64,000 bases of DNA from NCBI GenBank assembly GCA_963681965.1, contig OY820579.1:2624001-2688000 (forward strand), in the 5' to 3' direction. Under the pieces are notes generated by a model. The model searched no databases and had not been told where the DNA came from. It saw only the letters and a program-made list of their open reading frames with translations. Made by a program: the position numbers and the translations under genes. This DNA comes from a bacterium. GTDB lineage: Bacteria; Electryoneota; JAOADG01. This document shows, piece by piece, positions 42,740 through 52,968 of the stretch. Position 1 is the first letter of the stretch; each line of letters opens with the position of its first letter.

Positions 42740-45700
42740 ATGAGCCCAAAGACTATTCCGTTAAGTGGAGAATCAAACGATATCGATTGCACTTATCGAG
42801 TAATTTTTGAGAATGCATTAGAAGGTATCGTATTTACCGATTCTACCCAACAGCTTATCGAGGTTAATCCTTCGTGTTGTAAGATTCTAGGTTATGATCG
42901 CACGGAGTTACTTCAATTATCAATCTTCGACCTGCTCATTGAGGATGATTTCGAAGCAAAGAAACAAGATGTCGATGAATTTCTATCGGGTAAATTGAAT
43001 TTTGTGGAACAGAGATTACGTCGGAAAGATGGTTTACCTATACACGTAGAGTTAATAGCAAAAAAGCTACCTGACGGACGATTATTATATTTGATTTACG
43101 ATATAACTAAAAGCAAAAATACTGAAGCGACGTCTAAGCTTACCGAGCAAGGAATACAAAACATTCTCAAAAATTCTCCTTTTGGTTCTCACCATTACGA
43201 ATTACAACCGGGAAATCGACTCGTTTTCACAGGAGCAAATCCCGCAGCCGATGCAATTCTAGGTGTTGATAATTCTCAATTCATTGGTAAAACAATCGAA
43301 GAGGCATTCCCTTTACTGGCACAAACTGAAATTCCCGATAAGTATCGGTTAGCAGCTTCAACAGGAGAGCGATTCTCTACTCAACAACTTTCCTATCAGG
43401 ACGAGAAAATTGTTGGTGCTTTTGAAGTCTTCGCTTTTCAGACAATTCCAAACCATGTAACTGCATTCTTTATTAACGTGACCGAAAGAATGCAGACCGA
43501 AGAAGCACTGCGAGACAGTGAATCGAAGTACCGTAGATTATTCGAGACGATGGTACAGGGAATTGTGTATCAATCCAGTGATGGCTCTATCACATCAGCC
43601 AATCCTTCTGCGGAGAAGATTTTAGGACTTACTCTTGATCAGATGCAAGGTAAGACATCGATGGATCCGGATTGGAATGCAATTAATGAGGATGGTAAAC
43701 CGCTTAAGGGTGATGATCACCCAGCAATGGTTGCACTTCGAACCGGAAGAGTCGTTGAAAATTTTATAATGGGTGTTGCAAATAATAGGACGAATAATTA
43801 CACATGGATATCTGTAACGGCTACACCACAATTCAAACCGGGTGAATCCAAGCCTTATCAAGTTTATGCTACGTTTGACGATATTACCGAGAGTAAAATA
43901 GCTCTTAACAAACTACAGGAAAGCGAAGAGCGTTTTCGCACTTTGTTCCAAGGGGCGAATGAAGGAATATTTCTCTTATCTGAGGATGGAAACGAGTTAT
44001 TAGCAGTTAATGAATCGTTTGCGCGGATGCACGGTTATACTTTGGAGGAAATGAAAAACATTTCTTTACGAGATCTGGATACCCCAGAATCGGCTGCCAA
44101 AGTGCAAGAACGAATGAAACTCCTACTAACCGGAGAAGCACTACTCATTGAAGTGGAGCACATTCATAAAGATGGTTCATGTTTCCCACTGGAAGTATCT
44201 GCTAGCTTAGTGACATTCAACGGAAAGAAAGCCATACAGTGTTTTCACCGCGACATTTCCGAAAGAAAAAAAACTGAAGTGATGCTCCGTGAAATAATCG
44301 AGCAAAACCCGTTATCTATTCAGATTGTCGATGAAAACGGTTATACGATAAAAGTCAATCCTGCCCATACTTTGTTATTCGGTGCTATTCCACCACCCGA
44401 TTTTTCGATCTTTGATGATCTTGCGAGAAGAAGTCCGGAGTTGGAAATAATTATCAAACGGATTAAGAATGGCGAAGTCGTTCATTTTCCGGATATGTAT
44501 TACAATGTTCACGATGTGAATCCAGAATTACCCGATAATCCGGTATGGATCAGAGCCGTTGTGTTTCCACTCAAAGATAATAACATCAATACCGGTACAT
44601 TCGTCGTTGTGCACGAAAATATTACCGATCAAAAAATAGCAGAGAACGAAAAAGAAAAGCTAGAAACTCAGCTCCAACAGGCTCAGAAGATGGAGTCGAT
44701 TGGCAGACTGGCAGGTGGTGTAGCACACGACTTCAATAATATGCTTGGGGTAATCCTCGGGCATGCAGAAATTTCGCTTGAAACGTTACCGAACGTACAT
44801 CCAATTCGAAAAGATTTGGAAGAAATTCGACTTGCAGCGAACCGATCAGCCGATTTGACTCGACAATTACTAGCTTTTGCTCGAAAACAAACGATCGCAC
44901 CGAGAGTGTTAGATCTGAACGAAGCAATTTCAGATACGTTGAAAATGCTTCATCGACTAATCGGTGAGAATATCTCTCTTTCTTGGTTACCTGCTGCTGG
45001 ATTGTGGAATGTTAAAATCGATCCGTCACAGATTGATCAAATTCTTGCCAATCTCTGTGTCAATGCACGCGATGCTATCGATGGAGTTGGAAAAATTGTG
45101 ATTGAAACAAAAAATTGTTCGTTCAATTCCGAGTATTGTGCTAGCAATATCGGTTTTGAACCGGGTGAATTTGTTCGAATTTCAATCAGCGATAGCGGTT
45201 CTGGTATGGATGTGGAAACCCTTTCACATGTATTTGAACCCTTTTTTACGACCAAGGAAGTCGGAAAAGGGACGGGATTAGGGTTGGCAACGGTTTACGG
45301 AGCGATCAAACAAAACAATGGTTTTGTGAATGTGAATAGCACTTTGGGTCAGGGAACGATCTTTTCTATTTATATTCCACGTTATATTTCGACTACCGAC
45401 AATGAAACACATGAAATTGTTCTCGAAGTAAACCAGCACGGGAATGAGACGATATTGCTAGTGGAAGACGAACCTGCAATTCTGAGGTTAACAACAACAG
45501 TTTTGCAAAACCATGGTTACAACGTTCTCACAGCAAGTACTCCTAAGGAAGCGATTCAAATTGCTCAAGCACCAAACGTGAAATTCGACCTTTTAATCAC
45601 CGATGTGGTAATGCCAGAGATGAATGGTAGAGAGCTTTCTAAGATTCTTGGTTCGATCTTTCCGAACCTGAAACACTTATTCATGTCCGGATACACTGCT

Positions 45701-45811
45701 GACATCATTGCTAGTCAAGGTGTATTGGATGAAAATGTCAATTTCATTCAGAAACCTTTCTCCATGCGCGAGATTACCTCGAAAGTAAGAGAGATGTTAG
45801 ATCGAAAGTAG
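42740..45811 (+). CDS. Multi-PAS hybrid sensor histidine kinase with C-terminal receiver domain
   Basis: Several PAS/PAC repeats; AGGVAHDFNN H-box, NLCVNARDA, FEPFFTTK, GTGLGL; LVEDE...ITDVVMP...FIQKPF. Confidence 0.96.
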   Translation: MSPKTIPLSGESNDIDCTYRVIFENALEGIVFTDSTQQLIEVNPSCCKILGYDRTELLQLSIFDLLIEDDFEAKKQDVDEFLSGKLNFVEQRLRRKDGLPIHVELIAKKLPDGRLLYLIYDITKSKNTEATSKLTEQGIQNILKNSPFGSHHYELQPGNRLVFTGANPAADAILGVDNSQFIGKTIEEAFPLLAQTEIPDKYRLAASTGERFSTQQLSYQDEKIVGAFEVFAFQTIPNHVTAFFINVTERMQTEEALRDSESKYRRLFETMVQGIVYQSSDGSITSANPSAEKILGLTLDQMQGKTSMDPDWNAINEDGKPLKGDDHPAMVALRTGRVVENFIMGVANNRTNNYTWISVTATPQFKPGESKPYQVYATFDDITESKIALNKLQESEERFRTLFQGANEGIFLLSEDGNELLAVNESFARMHGYTLEEMKNISLRDLDTPESAAKVQERMKLLLTGEALLIEVEHIHKDGSCFPLEVSASLVTFNGKKAIQCFHRDISERKKTEVMLREIIEQNPLSIQIVDENGYTIKVNPAHTLLFGAIPPPDFSIFDDLARRSPELEIIIKRIKNGEVVHFPDMYYNVHDVNPELPDNPVWIRAVVFPLKDNNINTGTFVVVHENITDQKIAENEKEKLETQLQQAQKMESIGRLAGGVAHDFNNMLGVILGHAEISLETLPNVHPIRKDLEEIRLAANRSADLTRQLLAFARKQTIAPRVLDLNEAISDTLKMLHRLIGENISLSWLPAAGLWNVKIDPSQIDQILANLCVNARDAIDGVGKIVIETKNCSFNSEYCASNIGFEPGEFVRISISDSGSGMDVETLSHVFEPFFTTKEVGKGTGLGLATVYGAIKQNNGFVNVNSTLGQGTIFSIYIPRYISTTDNETHEIVLEVNQHGNETILLVEDEPAILRLTTTVLQNHGYNVLTASTPKEAIQIAQAPNVKFDLLITDVVMPEMNGRELSKILGSIFPNLKHLFMSGYTADIIASQGVLDENVNFIQKPFSMREITSKVREMLDRK

Positions 45812-46293
45812 TGATCGAGTATAAAGATACCGGATCGTTGCTACATCTATATAATTATGACTGACCAATCAGTGAGTCCGTTTGCAATAATTTGTGATGA
45901 TTACAATTACCCCAACTTTACCTGATCTTGATCCCTAACTCAGAAGCAATTTTGTGTCTAGATCGCTTTGATCTAGTCTAGATTTATCTCCGTCATTGCC
46001 TCTGATTAATGGAACACTCATAATCATATTTCTCGAATATATACATAATATGACGCTATCTAAACAGTCATTATGACTAATCTTCTCCCATTTCTATTCA
46101 CATCAATTGTCACTCCGGTTGTACTAGTGTTCGACGAAACTACATAAAATACCTCGAAATTGTTCCCTCTAGAAGACCAGGTTAAGACGTATCACATAAA
46201 AATTGGAATTATGAATCCGAAATCATACAAGATATTACAATTGTTCACAATGAGATGTGAGTATGAGACGTAAGCAAAGAATTATTGGGAGAA

Positions 46294-46698
46294 ATGATGA
46301 AGATTATCCTTACGAGAGAAGATGTGAATTCGTATCTTGAAAAGCATCCATTCACTTCAGTGGTACTAACACTCGAATCAGTTGTTCTCGATCAGCTTAG
46401 ATTCAAGGTAACTGGTAACGTTCCTGCGGTGCCAATCGAAATCAGTATGCACTTTACTTTGACTGAGATAACCGCGACAAAATTCAATGGAGTATCTGGA
46501 AGTTTTCAATTGAATTTACCCATCCTTTTGAAGCCGTTTAGAGGTATCATTGAAAATTATTTACAAAACAAGCTTCCATTCCTCAACTTTCAAACCACAC
46601 GGTTTTCCTATCCTATACCACTCGAAATATGGAATCACTTATCTTCGGTTTCTATCAAGTTAGATACCGATGAAATTAACATGAGTGTTGCAATTTAA
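46294..46698 (+). CDS. Hypothetical protein
   Basis: Isolated ORF with GGAG RBS; no motif recognised. Confidence 0.55.
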   Translation: MMKIILTREDVNSYLEKHPFTSVVLTLESVVLDQLRFKVTGNVPAVPIEISMHFTLTEITATKFNGVSGSFQLNLPILLKPFRGIIENYLQNKLPFLNFQTTRFSYPIPLEIWNHLSSVSIKLDTDEINMSVAI

Positions 46699-46816
46699 CT
46701 TTCGAAGACCGGAAAGGAGTTTCGTGAAGGACTTTGTGAGATTTCGAGTCTTTTGATTAGTATCGTTACGAAGTTATTTGAGTGTGAAATATAAAATACA
46801 TTGAAGTAGTAGTATT

Positions 46817-49426
46817 CTATTCAACCACAATTTCATCACAGAAGAGCCATGCTTTACCACCCTTTCCTGGATGCCATTCAGGACATCGAAGAACTCCTTT
46901 TCCAATTACACGAACGAACCGAATATTTTCCTGTGAGATTGAAACAGAGAAATCTTTAATTTGTACTGAATTCGCATTGGAAGCAGGTTTTGAATTTGCG
47001 TGATGAATTTCTCCAACTTTCATAAACGATTTATTATCACTAGAAGTATAGAATTCGACTTTTGTTGGAAGGAAGATCCAATCGTCAATTGAACTCAGAA
47101 ATCCGATTGAAACTTTTTGTACTTGTTTTGATTCGACAAGATCTATCGTTGCTTCGAGATCGACCCCTTCAAATCCTTGCCACTCACCCGACGAGTAATT
47201 ATAGGATCCTTTGATACCGTCGGTTAAAGCACTCTTGCCAGAAGCTGGATACTTTTCGTTGAATGGGTATTTAAAATTGATCGGTTTATTCAAAGCTAGG
47301 TGCTTGATACCCGAACAACCTAAAGGTTTTATTGTTTTGAAGACATTCATTTTTTCTTGAGTGGAGGTGTTATACACCGCAATCGATGGAAAGTTATCAC
47401 TACTCTCTTTCTCAACAGGATAAATTGTGATTGCATTGCCACTTGCACGAGAAAGAGGCGCAATTATTGTGTCAGAAGCAGTGACCAAATAATTACCAAT
47501 TTCTACTTTCTCAGGATCCTTTTCCCAGTTGGTCAGTTTCGAATCTCCATAAACCGTAGCTATATACTTTCTACCTTTTTCGAGAAATGGGAGCGGGATG
47601 GAAAGTGTTCTACTTTCTTCATCGGTCACAGACCCAATAAACCAACGGTCTTTGCTTCTTCTAGCAATTGTTACATAATGACCAATACTCGCAATAATTA
47701 CTTTCGTTTCATCCCACGTACACGGTACCTTTTCAATAAACTTAAAAGCTGGACTATTCGAATAATTTTCGATCATGTCCGAAACCATCATCAGTGGACT
47801 GTAGAAAATGACGTACAGTGCTAACTGATTGGTAAGTGTACAATAGAGTCGTTTATTTTTCTCGGGTGAGTGATTCACCCGGAAGATCCCAGGAGTGTAG
47901 TCTGCCGGTCCAGCAAGAAATCGGGTGAAGGGGAGGATGGTAACATGTTGGGGAGGAGTTGCCTTGTAGGTTGCATTCCATTCGTTCCCACGAATAGCCT
48001 CTTGTGAAACGAGGTTTGGCCATGTTCGATCGAGACCGGTTGGTTTGATACTTTCATGCACATCGAGTGCCACATGATATTTTGCAGCGGTTTCTACAAC
48101 TTTTTGAAAATGTCGCACCATAAATTGACCATGATGGTGGTACCCGCTTGGAAGTATCGAACCTGCATATCCAGTCTTTACTGTGGTAATGCCAAGTCTT
48201 TGACATAAGGAAAAAGCATCTTCGAGCTGCGCTTCATAGACTGGAATATTACCTCCGGTTTCATGATGGGAGATAAATTGTACATTCTTAGATTTCGAGT
48301 ATTTAACGACCTCTTCCAGATTAAAATCGGGAGTAGCTTTGCAGAAATTCTGTAATGGTGTTTTTCCCGGTGCCCAACTTTCCCAACCCACATTCCATCC
48401 TTCGGCTAAAACCCCCTCAATATGATGAGTCGCTGCAAAGTCGATGTATTCTTTGGTTCGCTTGGTTGTTGCCCCGTGTTTTGGACCCTGAAACCATGTG
48501 TATTTTCCCAGATGCATTCCCCACCAAATCCCGACAAACTTCATCGGTTTGATCCATGAATAATCAGTGATTCGATTGGGTTCATTAAGATTCTGAATTA
48601 AGTGAGATTCAATTAATTCACCGGGTGTACGGGCGATCATTATGACTCGCCATGGCGTCGTAAAAGGCGCTTTCACGCGGGCACAAACGCCATCTGGTTC
48701 AGGCCAGAGCGAAGATATAAACGAGAGTGAATCGGCTTTCGCTTTTTTTAGCGTCATTTCGGAATAGTTGATCAACGCGGCTTCATGAATAGATAGGGCG
48801 AGACCATCGTTTCGCTCAATTGTAAAGGGAGTATTGGCATCTGTGATTTTATCAATCGGTGTGTGTCGATAAAGGGATTCGTATGCGAACTCATTGGCGG
48901 GAATCCACCAGGCGCTGTCATTCGATGTGAAGTTGAATTCGCTGTTTTCGTTAGTGATAAATAGGCTGTCTTGATTGTGAATTCCAGCGATGATGTATCT
49001 GAACGCAATTCCATTATCGTAGGCTCGAGCGATTAACTGGATGATGCGTCGATTTTGATCAATTTCTTGAAAAGTAATCCATGTTTCATTGTAGTTATTC
49101 CTGATAGAGGACGAAAAACCAAGAACAGGATTCCAAGTTTCATCGCAGGAACTCTTTTTTACATCGACAATTTGTAGTTGTGTTCCCAATGGGGGTTGAT
49201 TTTTGAATTCGAATGAGAAAGAAGATTTTCGCAAGATGACAGTGTTATCGCAAAAAACAGTATATGACGGTATTCCATTTTCCAGTGTAAGTCGAAATTC
49301 GATTTTGAAATCAGGGGAAGGGAGAGTGATCTCTGAATATTTTTGAATACACGATGCTAAACAGAAAATTTGAAATATGCCCAAACAACAATAAGCTATT
49401 CTCTTAATTATTGAAATATCGATCAT
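46817..49426 (-). CDS. GH97 glycoside hydrolase with C-terminal F5/8 type C-like domain, probable lipoprotein
   Basis: WIKPMKFVGIWWGMH, YIDFAA, EGWNVGW, HHETGG, VKTGY, HHGQ, HE, RTWPN, RGNE, DYTPG; LTDG..G...WQGF tail; LASC lipobox. Confidence 0.92.
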   Translation of the reverse strand: MIDISIIKRIAYCCLGIFQIFCLASCIQKYSEITLPSPDFKIEFRLTLENGIPSYTVFCDNTVILRKSSFSFEFKNQPPLGTQLQIVDVKKSSCDETWNPVLGFSSSIRNNYNETWITFQEIDQNRRIIQLIARAYDNGIAFRYIIAGIHNQDSLFITNENSEFNFTSNDSAWWIPANEFAYESLYRHTPIDKITDANTPFTIERNDGLALSIHEAALINYSEMTLKKAKADSLSFISSLWPEPDGVCARVKAPFTTPWRVIMIARTPGELIESHLIQNLNEPNRITDYSWIKPMKFVGIWWGMHLGKYTWFQGPKHGATTKRTKEYIDFAATHHIEGVLAEGWNVGWESWAPGKTPLQNFCKATPDFNLEEVVKYSKSKNVQFISHHETGGNIPVYEAQLEDAFSLCQRLGITTVKTGYAGSILPSGYHHHGQFMVRHFQKVVETAAKYHVALDVHESIKPTGLDRTWPNLVSQEAIRGNEWNATYKATPPQHVTILPFTRFLAGPADYTPGIFRVNHSPEKNKRLYCTLTNQLALYVIFYSPLMMVSDMIENYSNSPAFKFIEKVPCTWDETKVIIASIGHYVTIARRSKDRWFIGSVTDEESRTLSIPLPFLEKGRKYIATVYGDSKLTNWEKDPEKVEIGNYLVTASDTIIAPLSRASGNAITIYPVEKESSDNFPSIAVYNTSTQEKMNVFKTIKPLGCSGIKHLALNKPINFKYPFNEKYPASGKSALTDGIKGSYNYSSGEWQGFEGVDLEATIDLVESKQVQKVSIGFLSSIDDWIFLPTKVEFYTSSDNKSFMKVGEIHHANSKPASNANSVQIKDFSVSISQENIRFVRVIGKGVLRCPEWHPGKGGKAWLFCDEIVVE

Positions 49427-49668
49427 TAGAATTGTCCATTTGCGAGATAAACACCAGCGATCTGGTTTGTCTCTTTCCAAAGTATAGAATCAAAGAATTC
49501 TTCTTTCAGCAACAGCTTCTGTCTACAGTTAATGTGTTCGAGGTAAACGTAGCGATCGATTAATCGATTTGTTGGCTGTTTCTTCAATCCCGATCATGTC
49601 GGTTAAATTGATGAAGCAACAACCCAGTGATTAGTTGAACGCACATTACTCATTCCGATATACAATAC

Positions 49669-50235
49669 TTACTTAACGAACTCGATCGTACCGTCAGGTT
49701 TCAACTTCACATGCTTTCCCTTTTTAAGCTGTTGACCGTGGTAGTTCACGGTACTTGCTACCTTCGCATACTTCAGCTTTCCGTTCTCGTAGAAGTAAGT
49801 GCGTCCACCACCGCCAAAAAGTTCCGTCCAGAAAGTACCGACATCGCACGGTACGCCATCGATAGTCTGAACTTCCGATAAACCGCCGCTCGCCAGTCTG
49901 CCGCTAGGAAAAAATTCCGTCATCCAGTCATGACCACCACCCTGCATCGGGTGACCCTGTACGACCCAATTCTTGCCAAGAAAACACCAATCCATTACAC
50001 CACTTTTAGTGAAGTGAAATCCTGTGTTCGCTGGAAACCTGTGTCCGAACAAACTATCATCCTTCACGATGCGTGCAAATTCGAGTGTATCATTCTGATA
50101 GAATTCAACCTCACCTGAAACGAGTAATCCATGTATCATTGTGGGTGTTGCGTATTTTTGAAATCGCGTATCGCTCGCTGCTAAAGCGGCTATGCTGATT
50201 ATTCCGGACAAGAGTATTATTACTAACTGACGCAT
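49669..50235 (-). CDS. Secreted hypothetical protein with MORN-variant-like repeats
   Basis: Signal peptide; EFYQND, FTKSG, EFFPSGRL, YFYENGKLK repeats. Confidence 0.7.
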   Translation of the reverse strand: MRQLVIILLSGIISIAALAASDTRFQKYATPTMIHGLLVSGEVEFYQNDTLEFARIVKDDSLFGHRFPANTGFHFTKSGVMDWCFLGKNWVVQGHPMQGGGHDWMTEFFPSGRLASGGLSEVQTIDGVPCDVGTFWTELFGGGGRTYFYENGKLKYAKVASTVNYHGQQLKKGKHVKLKPDGTIEFVK

Positions 50236-50305
50236 GATCGTCCCATTCCGTGTGAGTTATCCGACATCGATTCGCTAAAAAAAACTTGATACCTTTAATA
50301 TTCAA

Positions 50306-51256
50306 CTATGTTACAGATTCTACTGTTTCAATTTCTTTTGATGGACGATCAGGAATGAAGAGACAGATCGCTGCAACAACCATCGGTCCACAAATGAGCA
50401 GTGCCGTTTCGATTTGACCCCACCTAAACCCTTTACCGATGATAATAACCAGTAGTGCGACGGTTACGACCAAAACAATGCTTCCAACCACTCGCGGGTA
50501 TTTCTTAGCCAACCATCCGAGCCCGGCAATTGCGAGTCCGGGAGAAATAATTAATAGCGTCTCCCAATTGAACCCAGCTTCGAATGAGGAAAACAAAGCA
50601 ACGAGGAGGCCGACTCCCATAATCATCTTCGAAGCTGCCATTCGATAATCTTTCACCAACAGTACGTTGAAGAGCGCTTTGGAAGCGAGACCAGTCATAA
50701 CAACACCAATGAACATTTCAAAAGTGTGATCGTTATGGGCAGCGTAGTAGATAGTATATGCTATCGCCATGACGATATCGGTAGCAAAGGCGATATTGCC
50801 AGAACGGTAATGCACCTGGAGTTGCCACTCGTCGAGATGCTTGCGAAAGTAGGTGAGTGCAGCTCGAATCGAGAATTGTAGATTCTGTAGGATTGTATTG
50901 TGGAATCTGCGTGAGACGATAATGACGAACAAGACGCGAACCACAACACCGATAGCGACGACCATAATAAATGAAAGGTAACAGGACTTTCCTTCGATCA
51001 GGTTCATCGCTGCAAACAGTAATGCGACAGTGTTAGTGATTCCGTAAGCAATGTTGCCGGAGCGATAGTGGATGATCATTTGTCGTTCATCCACTCGCGC
51101 CTGCTTGACACCGAACGAGGCTAGGGTGGGGCGCAACAGGTATGAACCGACTAATAAATACAACCAGAGCTGATCTTGAGTTAGGGCAAAAAGTGCCAAC
51201 GCGAGGATAAAGTTCGCAGTGGCGATCCAGAATACGATGTCTTTCGCTTTAACCAC
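50306..51256 (-). CDS. Multi-pass membrane protein with an internally duplicated DE...HYRSGNIA module (DUF2178-like)
   Basis: VDERQMIIHYRSGNIAY and LDEWQLQVHYRSGNIAF; many hydrophobic segments; overlaps the XRE gene. Confidence 0.75.
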   Translation of the reverse strand: MVKAKDIVFWIATANFILALALFALTQDQLWLYLLVGSYLLRPTLASFGVKQARVDERQMIIHYRSGNIAYGITNTVALLFAAMNLIEGKSCYLSFIMVVAIGVVVRVLFVIIVSRRFHNTILQNLQFSIRAALTYFRKHLDEWQLQVHYRSGNIAFATDIVMAIAYTIYYAAHNDHTFEMFIGVVMTGLASKALFNVLLVKDYRMAASKMIMGVGLLVALFSSFEAGFNWETLLIISPGLAIAGLGWLAKKYPRVVGSIVLVVTVALLVIIIGKGFRWGQIETALLICGPMVVAAICLFIPDRPSKEIETVESVT

Positions 51257-51458
51257 GATCCTTTTCCTCCAATATAAATATCTCTTCCACCGTGACCCCC
51301 AATTTCTCCGCCAGTTGAAGGGCTAACTTGACAGATGGTGCATAATCCCCCTGTTCTATGGAGATGATCGTCTGTCGCGACACGCCAATCAGCTCAGCAA
51401 GCTGCTGCTGACTAAGCTCGCCCTTCAGGAACCGGTACTTTCTCAAATTGGTTTTCAT
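51249..51458 (-). CDS. XRE/Cro-family HTH regulator
   Basis: LSQQQLAELIGVSRQTIISIEQG.Y.PS..LA; GGAGG RBS. Confidence 0.93.
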   Translation of the reverse strand: MKTNLRKYRFLKGELSQQQLAELIGVSRQTIISIEQGDYAPSVKLALQLAEKLGVTVEEIFILEEKDRG

Positions 51459-51485
51459 GTCGCTTGTGCTATACCTCCGAATTGA

Positions 51486-51527
51486 ATGTAAAGCTGTCTA
51501 AACATAATGTCAAGCCATCTTGACATT
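51486..51527. promoter_or_regulatory. Tandem palindromic operator upstream of the XRE gene
   Basis: atgtaaag-ctgt-ctaaacat (imperfect) followed by aatgtcaag-ccat-cttgacatt (perfect). Confidence 0.7.
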
Positions 51528-51890
51528 CATAGCGAAATAAGTATGTTGTATGGATGAATAATTTATGATAAATGTATAATAGTTTTCCATGCTATTTACA
51601 CGGTGGGCTAGAAATGTAAAAAAATCGAGATCGATCATTATCGACTTGATAAAAATGAAAATTGGAACTCAGTAAGTTTGAAATGAAAAGTGGTGATTTG
51701 CGACAAGGCGTCTTCTCGCAATTCACATCTAACACCAAAATCAAAAATCACGTCTGAAGGAATTCGATCGACTATTCGCCGACAGTTTAAACAGATTGTT
51801 GACTTAATCTGATACCAGAGAAAAAAATGGGGTTAAATTGATGCTTTGGGATAGAATGAATAGAAGAAATTTCAATTCTATATTTTTCAG

Positions 51891-52367
51891 GGTCGAACCG
51901 ATTCGGTCGAAAAAAACATTGCAGCAGCAGACTTCTTTATCGATTCCGATCCCGGCTTCGGTCAGGCAACGTCTATTCCGGTAGTTGTAGGAGAAGCCGC
52001 TACTATTTCGCTTACCGCACTTCTAAGCGGTCAAGCAAATTGCAATTGTGAATTGATTGTTCGCGTAAAAAATGCCAATGGAGTGTGAAGCGTCGCAGAA
52101 CAATATAGATTTGTGATCGCAGATGTTCCCGACTCGCCTGCTTTGCTTTGGATATCCTATTTGCAATCCAGTGCAGAATTATCCTGGCAGGCTTCACCCG
52201 GAACAGTGGCGGGATATCATATCTATCGCAATCAGAGTACCTATTTCACACTATCCGCACAAGGTACGTTAATAGGTACCGTCGATGGAATTACGACCAC
52301 TTACACCGATACTAACGTGATAGATAAATATTATTACCGTGTAACCTCATTTACGAACCTTAAATGA
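51891..52367 (+). pseudogene. 3' remnant of a DPGxG-repeat secreted protein ending in the shared C-terminal module; in-frame TGA at 52086
   Basis: Frame reads TDSVEKNIAAADFFIDSDPGFGQA...VRVKNANGV*SVAEQYRFVIADVP..., homologous to repeats of 54197-58651. Confidence 0.8.
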
Positions 52368-52389
52368 TTAATCCATAATTATATAATAT

Positions 52390-52957
52390 TGGTTTGCCCC
52401 CATTTTCTGTACCAGTGTCTATGTCACACTGGTCTCATTCCTGCGTAGCGTAGCGGAGCAGGAATGAGAGGTAACGCAGTTTCCGGCGCCGGCGGCAGAT
52501 AGCCCAAAGAACTGTGTGGTCGGATCGTATTGTAATGGTGCCGCCATTGTTCGATAATCACCTTCGCTTCCAGCATGGTATCAAAGATTTCACCCTTCAG
52601 CAACAGTTTCAACCGACAATTAAAGCTTTCGATGTAACCATTTTGCCATGGGCTGCCGGGAGTAATAAACAACGGCTTTACATCAACCCGGGGAAGCCAT
52701 GCCAGTACTTCATTCACCGTAAACTCAGGGCCATTGTCGCTGCGAACATGAACTGGTGTACCTCGTAATACAAACAGTTCTTCCAGTACGCAAAGAACAT
52801 CATCCGCCTTGATCTTCCGGGCATCCAGGATCGAAAGATATTCGCGGGTATATTCGTCCATGATCGCGAAGACCTTGAACGAACGACCATTCGACGTATG
52901 CCACGTCACAAAGTCGAAGATCCAGACGTGATCCGGATGTTCCGGACGAAGTCTGAT
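52390..52957 (-). mobile_element. Truncated, diverged IS3 type 1 remnant (one end + 3' part of orfB)
   Basis: tggtttgcccccattttctgtaccagtgtctatgtca end; OrfB C-terminal half with several substitutions; no orfA. Confidence 0.9.
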
Positions 52958-52968
52958 ATTGGCAATCT

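Noticed and set aside
52086-52088. In-frame TGA at a conserved Trp position, suggesting UGA recoding
   Set aside because: Other genes here end in TGA and use TGG for Trp; the fragment also lacks a 5' end, so a nonsense mutation is more likely
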